Below, piece by piece: positions 27,425 through 41,045 of a stretch of DNA of 64,000 nucleotides (positions are counted from its first letter, which is position 1; each line of letters starts with the position of its first letter). Made by a program: the position numbers and the translations under genes. The stretch spans positions 60,264,001 to 60,328,000 of the forward strand of contig OX597816.1 in the NCBI GenBank assembly GCA_951406725.2. Reading direction: 5' to 3'. This DNA is from Octopus vulgaris (lineage: Eukaryota). The notes beneath the pieces were generated by a model. The model searched no databases. It was not told the DNA's origin and was given only the letters and a program-made list of their open reading frames with translations.

Positions 27425-29764
27425 CATCATCGTTTAGCGTCCGTTTTCCATGCTAGCATGGGTTGGACGGTTCTACTGGGGTCTGTGAAGCCAGAAGGCT
27501 TCATCAGGCCCAGTCAAATCTGGCAGTGTTTCTACGGCTGGATGCCCTTCCTAACATATATATATATATGTATGTATATATATAAATATATATATATATA
27601 TATGTATACATATATAAAAATATGCACTGAGTGTGAGTAATACATGGAGAATAATAAACAGATAAAAGTAAAGAAATAAATAGAAATAGAGAGACAAATG
27701 AAGTGGAAAAAAGAGAGGTTGGCAGAGAGAGAGAAATGTATATGCAGAAATAGACAGCAATATATGACTTGGTCCTGCACCTCATAACCCTCTTCTTATT
27801 CACTTTGCTTAAACTCCTATTGTTGCACTGTTACTGAGAAATAAACCAAATGAATTTCACCTACTTCAATATTATTCAAGTTTCTGTCTTACTGAGAACG
27901 ATCAATATTTTTCTCTGTATGTGTGTGTCAGGAGAGAAGGAAGTGAGGTCTATGATTTATCCTATGCAACTATATCTTGTTTTGTGTTTTAAGGAATATC
28001 AGGATGTATGGCATGGTTTCAGTTATTGGATTGAAGCCATGCTTAGGCACAGGTTTCGAGGAAGGGGAAAGGGTTAGTAATTTTAATCAATCCTAACCCC
28101 AAATCTACCTCCAGTATTTATTTTGGGAAAATACACTGGATAATTTAATCCTGGATTTATGGTCTGATGATAAAATGGGAAGGTCATGTTTAGAACAATC
28201 TGATTGCCTGCTTGTATAGAATTAATTCAATAGAGTGATAACAGTGATCATCCGTTCTGTTTCAAAGCTGTTCAGCTTTGGGAGCATTCTATTTGGATTA
28301 TGTTTTCAAATATGGAGTATAAGAAAATTAGTAAGGGTCTGTGGTAGCAACAAGGGTAATGAAATTGAAGAGGGGTCGTAGGTACCAATAAGTTTAGTTG
28401 CCACAGAATGAGGCAAGTGGATGCAGCTTTTTGGATGCTTTGTACGATTTGGCATGGCTGATTGGACATTGAACCTGTTTTGTGACTGGAGGCAAACACA
28501 CACATGCACATGCACATGCACACACACACACACACACACATTTGCATGAATATACACATACAGATAAAGAGAGCTATTACAATTTATTATTAATTGAATG
28601 CAATGTGATTGAATAAGGAAAGGGGTAATCAGGAGTTTAGCTATTTATTGCAAGACTGAATAAGTGGGATGAGGATATTCTGATGCAGGAAATCAGGGAA
28701 ACTGAACAAGAAAGGTAGCAGGGGCAGAGAACTATAATGTTCCGCAGTGTAATATAGTCCCTGAAAGTAAATACAAAAGAGAGAAGTGCAGCAGATTACA
28801 GTAGAATATTAATGAGTTACAGACGAATGATAGAGGTAGGTGGTATTTTGTGGGATATTAGATATGTTTTTGGAGAATGGGCTAAACTGAAGGTCACTCC
28901 AGGTGGCACAAACACTGGTTATATCATTGATCTATAATGTTTTATCTAAAAATTGCCTATCTCTTTCCCCTGAAATTAAGCCAAATTTATTGTACCCTAC
29001 TCCATGTTCTTTGCTGGTGGAGGTGCATGGCTTAGTGGTTAGAGTGTTGGACTCATGATCATAAGATTGTGGTTTCAATTCCTGGGCCAGGAGATGAGTT
29101 GTGTTCTTGAGTAAAACACTTCATTTCATGTTGCTCCAGTCCACTCACCTGGCAAAAAAATGAGTAACCCTGTGATGGGCCAGTGTCCTGTCCAGGTGGG
29201 CAGTGTACATGCCATGAAACCGGGAAACTGGCCCTTATGAGTCAGTATGACTCAAGAAGGTAACTCTAATTTTTTAGCAGAGCTATGTGATTGAGTGGTT
29301 AAGCTGTTGGACTCATGATAGTAAGATTGTGGTTTCGATTCCTGGACCAGGCAATGCATTGTGTTCTTAAACAAAACAGTGAAATTTTCCTACAAATTGT
29401 ATCTTCCTATTTTTCAAAAGCAAAGAAAACATCGAACAATGCAGACCTTGATACATAAAAAGATTGGATGTTTATGGCTGTAATACCTTTGATCATAGGT
29501 TTGCTTCATCAAGGATGACCTGAAACTAAACAACACCTCGAGATTTTAGTGTACCTCTAAGGATACATGTCTAAACAAGTGTATGCGTTATATTTATGTT
29601 GAGTTTCTACATTCTATTCCAGCAACTCCTAATGGTGTATCTGAGCTACAAAGAGACAAATGATTGTAGATTATGTTTACTTTGTAACTATCACTTCTAA
29701 AGAACATGAAAACAATTATTAGGGCCATAAACTCCTATAATTTTGTGTGTCTGCCAATGAGATA

Positions 29765-29800
<36 letters not shown>

Positions 29801-31155
29801 TAAATAGACAATCAGGGTGGAAGGCAAGTAAAGAGAAATATAAGCAGAGAAGCAGAGATGAAAGGTAAAATTAACATGAGGAAGATTTGAAATTTTAGTG
29901 GACAGAACTAAACATTGCAATATCTTATGTTGGCCTCTATCATTTCCATCAACTCAAACTCATCATTCTAGGAATGTGTTAATATTACTTTACTTGAATA
30001 ATGGTAAGTATTATTCTATTGGAAAAGATAATGTCAGCTTTTATTTATATAAATCTGCCTAAATATCGATAACAGCAAAAGACTGTTTACATTCTGAATG
30101 CTGCTTGCGTGTTGTTTGTGTAGAAAATTCTATTATTGTCTTGCAGAAAATAAAGGTACATAACAACTAAACTATGCGCCGTTTTCTTGATTCTTTAGCC
30201 TGATGTTGTCTACAGCATATCAAATCTTTTGGAAAGAAAAGAATTAGTCCAATTATTCTGCTCCCCAAAATAGTTATACTATAATCAATCACATCACTTT
30301 GGTTTTCATTTAACCCTTCAAAATATCTGAATAAAGGTTTCCATAAAAAGCTACAGACAAAAGAGTAAGCATTTCAAGTGTAATTCAATTTTAAAAATTC
30401 AATGGAAGCAGATGGACTCGATTGTTTAAGGGTTTGAAGAATAAATCCATGAATGTATTCTCAAAATAGCAACAAATGATAAACACTTCACTGCATTGTG
30501 CAGAGATGTTACAAACAGAAAAACTTTGATTACAAGGTAATTTTTTCTTCTTTTTTTCTTCTTCTTCTCACTTACCAGCTGCAGCATGAATTATAGACAC
30601 AATTTAGCGATCTAATTTAATTTATCTGTTAACGGAAGCAAAGGAAATATAATTTCTTTGATCAGTTATAGCAGTAAATTTAGTTTACATAAAAGTAAAA
30701 AAAAAAAAAAAAAGGATTAGATACTAATAAAGATAGCAACCTTGGAAAATATAGCAGGATTAGAAATAAAAGAACAGTTCTGTTAGGAGAATATCTCATC
30801 AGGTTTAATTAATAAATTCTATCTTCACAATCAAGTACCAGCAAAAAACATAAAAAAATTAAACAGATATTAGATGTTTTCAAGAAGTATTTATATATTT
30901 TAACTTCTCAGAACTCTATGAAAACAAAATTCACAATTTGGTTATCTTTAAAGTATGAGAAGTGTGCTATCATTACTGTTTTTATTAGAAATTTTTAATA
31001 TTTCATATTCATTACACATCAAATGTCTCTAATTTAAGAAACTATCTGGAATAAAATTAATTCCTTCCCTATCTTAAAAACTAGGAAATTCTGAACAAGG
31101 TTTGATGCAATTTGACACATAAAAATTAAATATGCAAGTTTAACTAAATTTACCA

Positions 31156-31503
31156 TAGGTGCAGATATGGCTGTGTAGTAAGAAGTTTGCTTCCCAACCA
31201 CATGGTTCTGGGTTCAGTCCCACTGCATGGGACCTTGGGCAAATGTTTTCATACTTTCACCTTAAGCCAACCATTATGTGTGTATCTTTGTGCCTGTGTT
31301 TGTCTGCACTACTGCGTTGGTGTATTTATGTCCCGGTAACTTAGCAGTTTGGTAAAAGACACCAAGAGTACTGGACTTTAAAAAGAAGTACAGGGTTTAA
31401 TTAGTTAGACTAAAAATACTGGGGTCAATTCATTCGACTAAAAATTCTTCAAAGTGGTGCCCCAGCATGGCCACAGTCTCATGACTGAAACAAATAAAAG
31501 ATA
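31156..31503 (+). mobile_element. Diverged SINE family A
   Basis: Head and tail recognisable; internal tandem duplication near 31390-31445. Confidence 0.65.
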
Positions 31504-32478
31504 ATCTGATATGTCACTGTTTTGTTTTAAGCCCCAGGTTGGGTTTTGGTTGAACAAATCTATTATCAGGGGCATTCCAGCCATGACCATTCTTTCTCTC
31601 ATGGTTGTCAAGGACAATATTATTTTATGATTATTAAGGACAATATTATCAGGACAATATCATCTGACATATTTTGTCTTGTTTAAAAAGGTATTGAGAA
31701 GGGGTTGATTCAAGGAAGATTTTGCTGCTGTTTCTAGTGGAGCTTTGTCAAAGTTCTTCTTGGGCCTAAGCCTTATATGAGATTAAACTGATTGTCTATC
31801 TTTATCTATTTCATCCTTATGTCAACATATCTTAGCATGTGCTTCACTTAACTCATCTCCTGATGTTCTAGAACCCTCATCACCACCACCGCTTTTGTTT
31901 TTTTTACATTACCAACTCCTAATCAATTTTTCACAGTTTCTCTGCATTTTTCTAGCCCATCCCAAGCCCACTTCCACTCATTAGAATATTATTTATATAA
32001 TTATGAAGCAATAAAATTCTTCCCTCTAGCTATATAATGTTCCTTGGAAAATGTTACTGATATTAAACATATGTCCAAATTTTCATCTGCAACCTTGTTA
32101 CACTTTATAACCACACGCTACAGTCTTCTCCTCTGCCACATAACCATAAAAATAATATTTCAAAGATTTTTTTTTTCCTTCTCATAAATATTAATTTCAA
32201 TTGTATAGTTTTTACAAACATTTATATTTTCCAAGGAATCACCCAGTCAAAACATTTCTATTTTCATGTGATTGTCTTCTGATCAGCTGTAAAATGAGGT
32301 ATATTTTGAGGGAGAATGATGTTGTAGTGAAGGTATAAACTAAGACAATAGGTAGGGTGGAGGTATCGGGTTTTAAACTGTCAAATAGTAACCCTACTCC
32401 CTACAAAGTATCACTGAAATATATTTTGCCCCACCTCTTCTTTATTAATGAGAAGACAAAATAGGTGCAGACATAACA

Positions 32479-32518
<40 letters not shown>

Positions 32519-32969
32519 AAGAAGTTTGCTTTGCGACTACATGGTTTTCAGTTCAGTCCCACTGTGCAACATCTTGGGCTGACCAAAGTCTTGTGAGTGA
32601 ATTTGGTAGATGATAACTGTGTAAATGCACCAACATCAGTTGTCACGCGATGGTGGGGGGATAAACACACACACACACACATACATACACACACACACAC
32701 ATATATATATATATACACGGGTGTGTGTGATTATGTATAGAAGAATGTATTAATGAAAGCAATTCCAACCTTGTCTGATTTTCACGTTTTATTTACAATC
32801 TTATAATGATATAAGATAATATAATATAATAAAATAAAATAAAATAATAGAATGTCAAATGTTCATTCTGATTGAACTAGTACTTTCATGCATTAAATTC
32901 TGCAATCTTCAGGTTCATGTAGTAGTGGTGACAGTCATGCTTCACAATTTTTGACTGTATATATATATA

Positions 32970-33427
32970 CGAGCAAAATGCCACCCCTCCGTCCAATGGA
33001 CAGTGCTGAGTTGTCAAACATTTAAACCAAATTTTCTCAAAACAACTTGTCCGACCATCCCATAGGCCTCCCTTTTGAGAAACACTGATTTAGCCTAAAT
33101 TTGAGACACCAGCAAAAAGAGAAATAAACATAGACTTTTTTCTATTCCAAAGAAAAACGATTTTATTCACACAAATAGGCAACCAAAGAGTTTAAAAGGC
33201 CAGTAAGTACATCGCAACAGCTGATGTACTTGCACGTACAAATGCACGTTCCCACGGCTTTATCAATCGCATTCCCACCTGGAATCGATTTTTGTAATTT
33301 TTTCAAGACTTAGACTCGCTCTGACACCATCAGTATCTACATATCAAATTTGAGTGCAATCGGATAGAGGATGTCCGAGATCCTAGAAGACGCACACAGA
33401 CAGACAGAATGGATTTTATATAATAGA
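32970..33427 (-). mobile_element. Non-autonomous Helitron
   Basis: Minus strand: 5' A|TCTATTATATAAAATCCATTCTGTCTGTC; 3' end CTCG|T (a CTAG variant) preceded by a GC-rich partial hairpin. Flanked by TA/TG repeats inside a diverged SINE A (32461-33716). Confidence 0.6.
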
Positions 33428-33444
33428 TGTATGTATGTATGTAA

Positions 33445-33517
<73 letters not shown>

Positions 33518-33944
33518 TGTTTGTATTTGCTCCCTCCACCTCTTTACAACCGGTGTTGGCTTACTTATGTACCCATGACTTAGTGGTTCAGAAAAAGACT
33601 GATAGAATAAGTAACAGACTTTAAAAAACGTAGGTACTGATGTTGATCTATTTGTTTAAAAATCCTTCAAGGCAGTGCCCCAATAAGGCACAGGCCGGTG
33701 ACTGAAATAAGTCAAACAAAAAAAAAAAAAGGGAATTGTAAATAAAAACTGCGTCCCCTGATTTCTTACAATTATGGCTATAAAATGAAAAACCATCTTC
33801 ACTTGATATTAAACATGGCTATTTATCTGCCCCTTTTTAAATCTGCCCAGAACTTCTCCCCTGTAATGTAAACTACTGAACAAATGTCAGTTTGAAGCAT
33901 GGAAATATCCAGACACAACAATGGTTATTCACTATTTATTAACT

Positions 33945-34108
33945 CAAAATGCTAGAAATAGCATTCAAACCTCCCTCAGATCACACCTTTCTGTATTAAA
34001 AAAGGAAGGGCATATTGGATATAAAATGACACAATGGTCTCAGCTGAAATACCTTAACTCATAAGCTTGCTGCTTCAGAGCTTACCAAGGATTAAGCAAC
34101 AACAATAA
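33945..34108 (+). mobile_element. Old dispersed repeat (family G), unclassified
   Basis: Motifs 'gctagaaatagc...aaatcacacc...cataggtctgct...ctaaacaacaac' recur at about 7440-7630, 13730-13880(-), 29400-29540, 31520-31740(-), 36100-36240. Confidence 0.45.
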
Positions 34109-34284
34109 TAAACTACACTATATTATTTCCATACAGAATCACACACACTAAAATTATCTCAAAAGCTTCAATATTTGTCTATATCATATAATATTTTTAG
34201 CAAAACACAGCTGTAGCACTCATCCACTAAAACCATAACTATATTAGTGTAGATTAAATAACACTACTAGGCAGCAACACATGG

Positions 34285-34760
34285 TCTCTAACATAGTTCT
34301 ACCAACAGTTCTCTATGCCAATGAGATATGGAATAGCTCTGAGGAAAATCGACAGAAAGCTAGACATGTTCCACCAAATATGTTTCAGAAGGATTCTGAG
34401 ATTACATAAACAAAGACCTCCATTCTGGCAAGATTATATAAACAAAGACATCCATCCATTCTAAAGACAGCTGACATAAGATCACTCAGTGAAATCATCA
34501 CAAAATGCAGATTAAAACTAGTAGGTCACATACTCTGGTTACTAGAACAATGCAATTTTAAAACAGCTTTCAAATGGACATCACTGAAGGGAAAAAGAAG
34601 GACATTGAAAACTATATGGTGCAGAACATTCACAACCAGCATGAGAGAAGCCAATATCACATGGCTGAATGCAGAGAAAACCACAGCCAGCCAGTGGCAT
34701 CAACTTGTTGCCCACTGTGCTTGATAGTATTTGAAGAACTGATGCACAAACTTGCACCAC
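34285..34760 (+). pseudogene. Degenerate RTE-clade LINE fragment
   Basis: VLPTVLYANEIW...KLDMFHQICFRRILR...LSEIITKCRLKLVGHIL, matching RTE motifs LLYG.E.W, F...CLRRIL and RL.W.GH. Confidence 0.6.
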
Positions 34761-34950
34761 CACAACTATAAATGTAATCAGCCAAAGACATGAACTGAAG
34801 TAGTCAAAGCTGATTCTCAGGATGATGAATCACATCAAATAAATGACAAAAAGACTACAGCAAGTAATGTGATACTGAGCTAGAAAAAAAACCTGTCTTA
34901 GCATGGAAAAACAGATCCATAATGATGATGATGATTACAATGGTACATAT

Positions 34951-35395
34951 ATAGGTGCAGGAGTGGGTGTATGGTAAGTAGCTTGATTACCAACCACATG
35001 GCTCCAGGTTCATTTCCACTTTGTGGCACCTTGGGCAAGTGTCTTCCACTCTAGCCTTGGGCCGACCAAAGCCTTGTGAGTGGATTTGGTAGACGCAAAC
35101 TGAAAGAAGCCCGTCATATATATATATATATATATATAAATATATATATGTGTGTGTGTGTATGTATGTGTGTGTTTATGTGTTTGTGTTTGACTCCCAA
35201 CATCACTTGACAACCGATGCTGGTGTGTTTACGTCCCCGTAACTTAGCAGTTCAGCAAAAGAGAGCGATAGAGTAAGTACTAGGCTTACAAAGAATAAGT
35301 CCTGGGGGTCAATTTGCTCGACTAAAGGCGGTGCTCCAGCATGGCCACAGTCAAGTGACTGAAACAAGTAAAAGAGTAAAGAGTAAAAGAGTAAA
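34951..35395 (+). mobile_element. SINE family A, full-length
   Basis: Matches family A with (GAGTAAA)n tail. Confidence 0.85.
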
Positions 35396-36397
35396 TATCC
35401 TAGATGTAAATCGATAGAAATTGCAAGACTTCACCTTATCAATGATGATTACTTTCTAATGTGTGGGACAGACATTTATCTGTGTTTAAAAATTGCGTAT
35501 TTGTTAGAATGCTTTAGCTAGCTGTGCCATGCTGCATTCCTGGTAATAGTGTAGATGTTTTATTAAATAAAATACCATCAGATTCTAGCAAAAAATTCCA
35601 GCAGTGCTATCTGCTTGCTATAAGATAAGCAGTGTACTTAAAAGGTTAAACATTCTGCTATTGCTCTCAACCCTGATGTGTTATCCCTCATAGGATACTG
35701 ACACTCATAAATGGAAATATTTAATGAATCAAACGACTGACAGCTGTTAAATAGAGAGGTAGCACACAGTATGTGTGTGCGTGAGTGTGTGGTGGTTGAG
35801 TTTATTAATGGATTAGACATCTGACTTGAAAGGTTAGGAGTTCAAATCTTACCAACATATATGATGCCTCCTTCAGGGCTGAGAAAAGAGGGTCACAGCT
35901 GGTTGTTAAGTTGGTTGGTTACCGGCCAAGAGGCTAACCAAAGGGTTAATAGTTTGTATTTAACTTAACCCTGGAAAAGATACTGAACTCTCAATTGTTC
36001 ATTTGGACTAACTTGAAATAATCTGTGGAGCAACAAATACAGTTTGCGTAGAGTTATGATAACATCATTGACCAAGCCAATCAGGTAATTTTTAAGCAGT
36101 TGCTCAACCTGCTACAAATAGCAGCCAAATCCACATCAACTTCAAACTCTACCACACCATTTCAGATAAGGAAAGGTGCATTAAATACATTACGTTTGAA
36201 GAAAGATCAGATAGTCAATGTAGAAGCACTCTGAATTCTAAGTCTACTTAACAATTATTTTGAAAATAAATGTATTTTTTCAGACATATTTTTTAATTGT
36301 TTTATTTTACTGTTTTGAATGGTGATTTCAAGGTATATTTCAAACCTTATTTATTATGAATTTTAATTCAATAATATTGATTTTAAATTACAGCATT

Positions 36398-36549
36398 GGG
36401 CAGAAACGAGTTAACCCGTTTTCAGACGAAGGAACTCGTTTGCTGTCGATTCTGGCGAGTCTATCTTTTGACGAGTTAACTCGCCAGAGTTGGAAAAAAA
36501 CGATTTCGGTCAAAACGCATATATTCGTTTCTGCCGGGTAAGGGGTTAA
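36398..36549. mobile_element. Small CpG-rich palindromic MITE-like element (piggyBac-like right end GGG-TTAA)
   Basis: Inverted ggcagaaacga / tcgtttctgcc, internal palindrome cgagttaactcg. Left end appears truncated. Confidence 0.45.
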
Positions 36550-37430
36550 TGAGAGCTGACTTGAGTCAAACAACAGCATAATTCTAATTGTAAACCTCAT
36601 TTAACATGCTGTTAGTGGTGTAGTGAGATGAGTGGTTACCAAACGAAGTCTTTGACCTGGTTTTAGTTAAAAATCAGAAGTGTTTCACTCTTCTTCCATT
36701 CTTTGGAGAGAAATTAACATCGTAGCTTCCAACATCTTCCTAAAATTTTCTGTTTTCATCTGTTGCTAAAACTAAGAAATTCACAAATAATTCCTCTAAT
36801 AATGTCATATGAAGGACAAAGATTAACTGATTGGGGTCAAGAGTTACTCAGACAAGAAGTAAATACTCAACACCTTTATATGAGAACAAGTGATGCAACA
36901 GAGAAATTTATCTGGTTTTTTTCTTTGTTTTAATGTTTTAATCAGAAGAGAGAAATTAGTTTCTATGACCCTTTCAGAGCCTCTGAGATTGATAACAGGA
37001 AGAAAGGATCTTATCCTCATTCCTAGCCCAAACGCTCGCAACAGAATTGACTCTACTGAAGATGCCAAAGAATTGGGTGAGGATTAAATTTACCTCCAAA
37101 GAACAGGAGAGCTCCTACTAATGAGATTCCTCACAGTTTCTGACATTCACATTTGTTTTAGTACTTAGTTTGTCAACTTCAAAGTCACCAACAATTCAGC
37201 TTTTAAAGCCTTTAGATGGTTGCTTGACCTACTAAAGAATGCAGTCAAACTGCTTTCAAAAGCATCTTATTGGCTTAGATATTTCATGCTTTTACATCTG
37301 CTTTTCTATGTTAGCATGGGTTTGATGAATGCATAATATAGGCATTATTTTTACATCCAGGCGTCTTTTCTATTGCTGACTTTTTACCTACTTTTCAAGT
37401 AAAAGATCGCTTGTTTCTATACATCTTTAA

Positions 37431-37657
37431 CCCTTTAGCTTTTAAATCAGCCATAACCAGCTCAAATATCTTACCTGTTTCATGTTCAAATTGGCCAGAT
37501 CTGGGGGGTTTTTTACACCACCTATGCAACAAAATCAACTTAAAAATATACAATCACATCATTGAAATCTCAAAGCTATGAGACAATACATTATTAATTC
37601 AAAACAATTTGAATACATTAACATTACATTTGACAGAGTAATCTGAATGCTAAAAGG
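37431..37657. mobile_element. piggyBac-type MITE
   Basis: TTAA|ccctttagc ... gctaaaagg|TTAA. Same family as 43259-43478, opposite orientation. Confidence 0.75.
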
Positions 37658-38363
37658 TTAAAGGGGAAAGGTCAGCAAGTATTTTGCTGACAGGCGAAAG
37701 ACACAATTGCAACTCACAGATCAGGGATTTTTGAAGAATATGCAGGAACACATATACATAAATATGACAGGTTTCTTCCAGATATACTATGTCTGAAAAA
37801 TTTGATCTACTGTTGTTTAACCTCCAACTGCATCAAACCAAAGAGTAGTAGTTTTCTTCTTCCATTTTGACCAAATCTCAGAATCCCTACTATAATATCA
37901 TGGATATTGCCCCTTCTTCCTCTAGCTTTGTCATAAAAAATGTAGAGATAGTAGCTCTTATAATATCCATTATTCCATCCATTTTCGCCATCCACTGTTA
38001 CTGGAAGGATCATGAGAGTAGGGTCCTCAGGCACTTCTCCTATTGGGTTCTATTAGAAACAACCGTTGTAACACTTCCCAGTTGGAATCCTAGGTGTGAC
38101 AAATTCAGACCTCTCAATGCAGAGGAATTGCAGCTCAACTTGGAGAGACTCCTAGTTAAAATATATTGGTTTATATACTTTTAAGATAGAAATAATCTTG
38201 AGTGGCTGTGTGGTAAGTAGCTTGCTTATGAACTACATGGTTCTGGGTTCAGTCCCACTGCATGGCACATTGGGCAAGTGTCTTCTACTATAGCCTTGGG
38301 CCAACCAAAGCCTTTTGAGTGGATTTGGAAGATGGAAATTTAAAGAAGCCCGTTGTATATATG

Positions 38364-38398
<35 letters not shown>

Positions 38399-38498
38399 GT
38401 ATATGTTTGTATTTGACCCCCAACATTGCTTGACAACCGATGTTGGTGTGTTTACGTCCCCATAACTTAGTGACTCAGCAAAAGAGACCTATAATTTT

Positions 38499-41045
38499 TT
38501 GGTAATTCCTTGTGCCGATTTGAACGAATCACAAGAAGTTTTTTTCTGTGACGTACGTATGACCATGTCAACACTCCTGCTTGGCGTTGTTTATCGTCCC
38601 CCAAATTACCATCAGGACACACAGCTTTGCAACATCCTCCGAGCTGCAGCCAGGAAAACAGCCACTTATGTGTTTATTGCAGGCGATTTCAATCATCCTG
38701 AGATCGATTGGGAAACCTTCCGTTGGCCACAGAGTGCAAACGATTTTGTTGAGCTTGTTCTGGACTCAAACTGGTCACAAGTAGTCACCTCTCCAACAAG
38801 AGGCGACAACACCTTGGACCTGCTCTTCACCACAACTCCTGAAGCGGTTATCAATTGTACTACGGAGGAACCTCTAGGTGACTCTGATCATGCTATGATC
38901 ATCACCAATCTGGCTCTTGCGGGCAACAAACACCTGAACCATCTCCAATCTGCTTCCTTCGATTGGAAGAGAGCAGATTGGAACCTGTACCACACTGAAC
39001 TACAGCACCCAAACTGGCGTGAATTCTACAACTCTGGAGATGTGAATACTATACTCCAGAGTATCCTGGACTCAATATGGGCAGCATGTGCAGCATCAGT
39101 GCCACGTAAACAAAAAAAGAAGAACCGCCCCAAAAGGGCAATTTGGAAAACTTCAGCGGTCCGACTTGCCAGGAAGGAACGTCGGGCTGCTGAACAGGAA
39201 TACAAGTTGCATAAATCAGACACCAACAGGAAGAAGTGGAATAAATCCTCCAACCATCTCAAGCAAGTGACAAAAAATGCAGTGCTTGAATTTGAACAGT
39301 GCATAGCAGCCAATCCTGACAGCAAGGTTTTCTGGAAATATGTGCATTCAAAGCAGAGACCTCACTCTCCAGTGGGCCCTCTTCGCAACCCTCACACGAA
39401 CCAGATCACTGACGACCCCAAGGAATGCGCAGAACTCATTGCCGAGTGCTATGCAAACATATTCACTGTCGAAAGTCAAAATGTACCATCTTCACCATCA
39501 CTAACAGCAAACTCCATAACAACTATGGAATTTACACCTGCAATGCTGCGACGTCACCTTCAAAATAAGCGCAACTATGCCTCCCCTGGTCTCGATGGAG
39601 TTACATACCTGCTTCTCAAACGTGGCAGGCACTTCCTTTTACACCAGCTTTCTATTTTCTTCCAGTACTGTCTCAACAATGGTGCTACTCCGGAGCAGTG
39701 GAAAACTGCCAGTGTCATTCCTCTGTTCAAAAAGGGTGACCGCACATCACCTGTCAACTATCGCCCAGTCAGTCTCACTAGCTGTATTGCAAAACTGATG
39801 GAATCGTGTGTCAGAGAAACACTCTGGAACTTCTGGAGCTCTCACAGTCTCATCCGACCCTCACAATATGGATTTGTCCCTAACTCCAGCTGCAGTGACC
39901 AGCTTGTCGAGTTCCTTGGGGACATTACTCAGATCACTGACAGTGGCTCATGGGTGGATGTTGTCTACCTTGACTTTGCTAAGGCTTTCAACTCTGTGCC
40001 ACACAAAAGGCTTATGGTGAAACTCTCTGCAATGGGTGTGGGGGATGACCTTTTTAACTGGTTGAAATCCTTCATCCTCAGCCGAAAGGAGGTAGTCACA
40101 GTTCTAGGACAGCACTCTACACCATATGAGATGTCATCGGGTGTACCACAGGGATCTGTCCTTGGTCCCCTCCTGTTTGTGGCATACATTAATGACATAG
40201 ATGCCAATTTAAAGAATGCCACAGTATTGAAATATGCAGATGACATCAAGCTGTACCTTGAAATCAAGAGGACTGATCCTGATGTCTACAACTCTTTCCT
40301 GCAATCAGACCTAGACACAATGCAGCAATGGATCACAGACTGGCAACTGAAACTGGCTGTGGACAAGTGTACCACCATGCATTTTGGGAGAAAAAACCCT
40401 GCGTCCACATACTCCCTCCACAACACTGATATCAAGAAATCCTCTTGCGAGCGTGACCTAGGCATCACTGTCAGCAGTGATTTGCATTGGACAAAGCATA
40501 TCTCTAAAATTGTCAAGAAGGCCGAGGGTGTCTTGGCATCACTCAGCAAGACTTTTGTTAGCCGCTCTCCAGCCATCTATTTAAAACTGTATACAGCTAT
40601 GGTACGACCACACTTGGAATTCGCATCATCAGTTTGGAATCCCTATCTTGCTCAGAACATTGACCTCCTGGAATCTGTCCAGAGACGTGCAACCAAACGC
40701 ATACCCTCCATCAGACACCTACCATATTCTGAGCGCCTTGTTTCCCTGGGCATGGATTCACTGAAGCTCCGGCGTCTAGCGACAGACTTGGTAAACACCC
40801 ACAAGGTTATCAACCACCTCACCAACAACAACACTGAACACCTTTTTGATCTCCATGTGTCTAACACATGTGGACATGCCTACAAAGTCAGAAAACAGCA
40901 CAGCTCCCATGACTTTCGGAAACATTTTTTCACGCTCAGGGTTGCTGAAGCGTGGAATAAACTGCCTGCATCAGTTGTTGACTGCCATGACACTGCATCC
41001 TTTAAGGCCCTCATGCTTCCCGAAATCCGTCGAAACTACACCTGA
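38499..41045 (+). CDS. LINE ORF2: C-terminal part of APE endonuclease plus reverse transcriptase, 5'-truncated, no internal stops
   Basis: EN motifs YRPP, GDFN, LDL, SDH. RT and C-terminal motifs YRPVSLTS, QYGF, YLDFAKAF, SGVPQGSVLGPLLF, YADD, RPHLEFASSVWNP, FF..RV...WNKLP. Lacks a native start, so probably not expressed. Confidence 0.9.
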   Translation: MVIPCADLNESQEVFFCDVRMTMSTLLLGVVYRPPNYHQDTQLCNILRAAARKTATYVFIAGDFNHPEIDWETFRWPQSANDFVELVLDSNWSQVVTSPTRGDNTLDLLFTTTPEAVINCTTEEPLGDSDHAMIITNLALAGNKHLNHLQSASFDWKRADWNLYHTELQHPNWREFYNSGDVNTILQSILDSIWAACAASVPRKQKKKNRPKRAIWKTSAVRLARKERRAAEQEYKLHKSDTNRKKWNKSSNHLKQVTKNAVLEFEQCIAANPDSKVFWKYVHSKQRPHSPVGPLRNPHTNQITDDPKECAELIAECYANIFTVESQNVPSSPSLTANSITTMEFTPAMLRRHLQNKRNYASPGLDGVTYLLLKRGRHFLLHQLSIFFQYCLNNGATPEQWKTASVIPLFKKGDRTSPVNYRPVSLTSCIAKLMESCVRETLWNFWSSHSLIRPSQYGFVPNSSCSDQLVEFLGDITQITDSGSWVDVVYLDFAKAFNSVPHKRLMVKLSAMGVGDDLFNWLKSFILSRKEVVTVLGQHSTPYEMSSGVPQGSVLGPLLFVAYINDIDANLKNATVLKYADDIKLYLEIKRTDPDVYNSFLQSDLDTMQQWITDWQLKLAVDKCTTMHFGRKNPASTYSLHNTDIKKSSCERDLGITVSSDLHWTKHISKIVKKAEGVLASLSKTFVSRSPAIYLKLYTAMVRPHLEFASSVWNPYLAQNIDLLESVQRRATKRIPSIRHLPYSERLVSLGMDSLKLRRLATDLVNTHKVINHLTNNNTEHLFDLHVSNTCGHAYKVRKQHSSHDFRKHFFTLRVAEAWNKLPASVVDCHDTASFKALMLPEIRRNYT

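Noticed and set aside
39026-40867. Antisense and alternate-frame ORFs within the LINE
   Set aside because: Shadow ORFs of the real ORF2.
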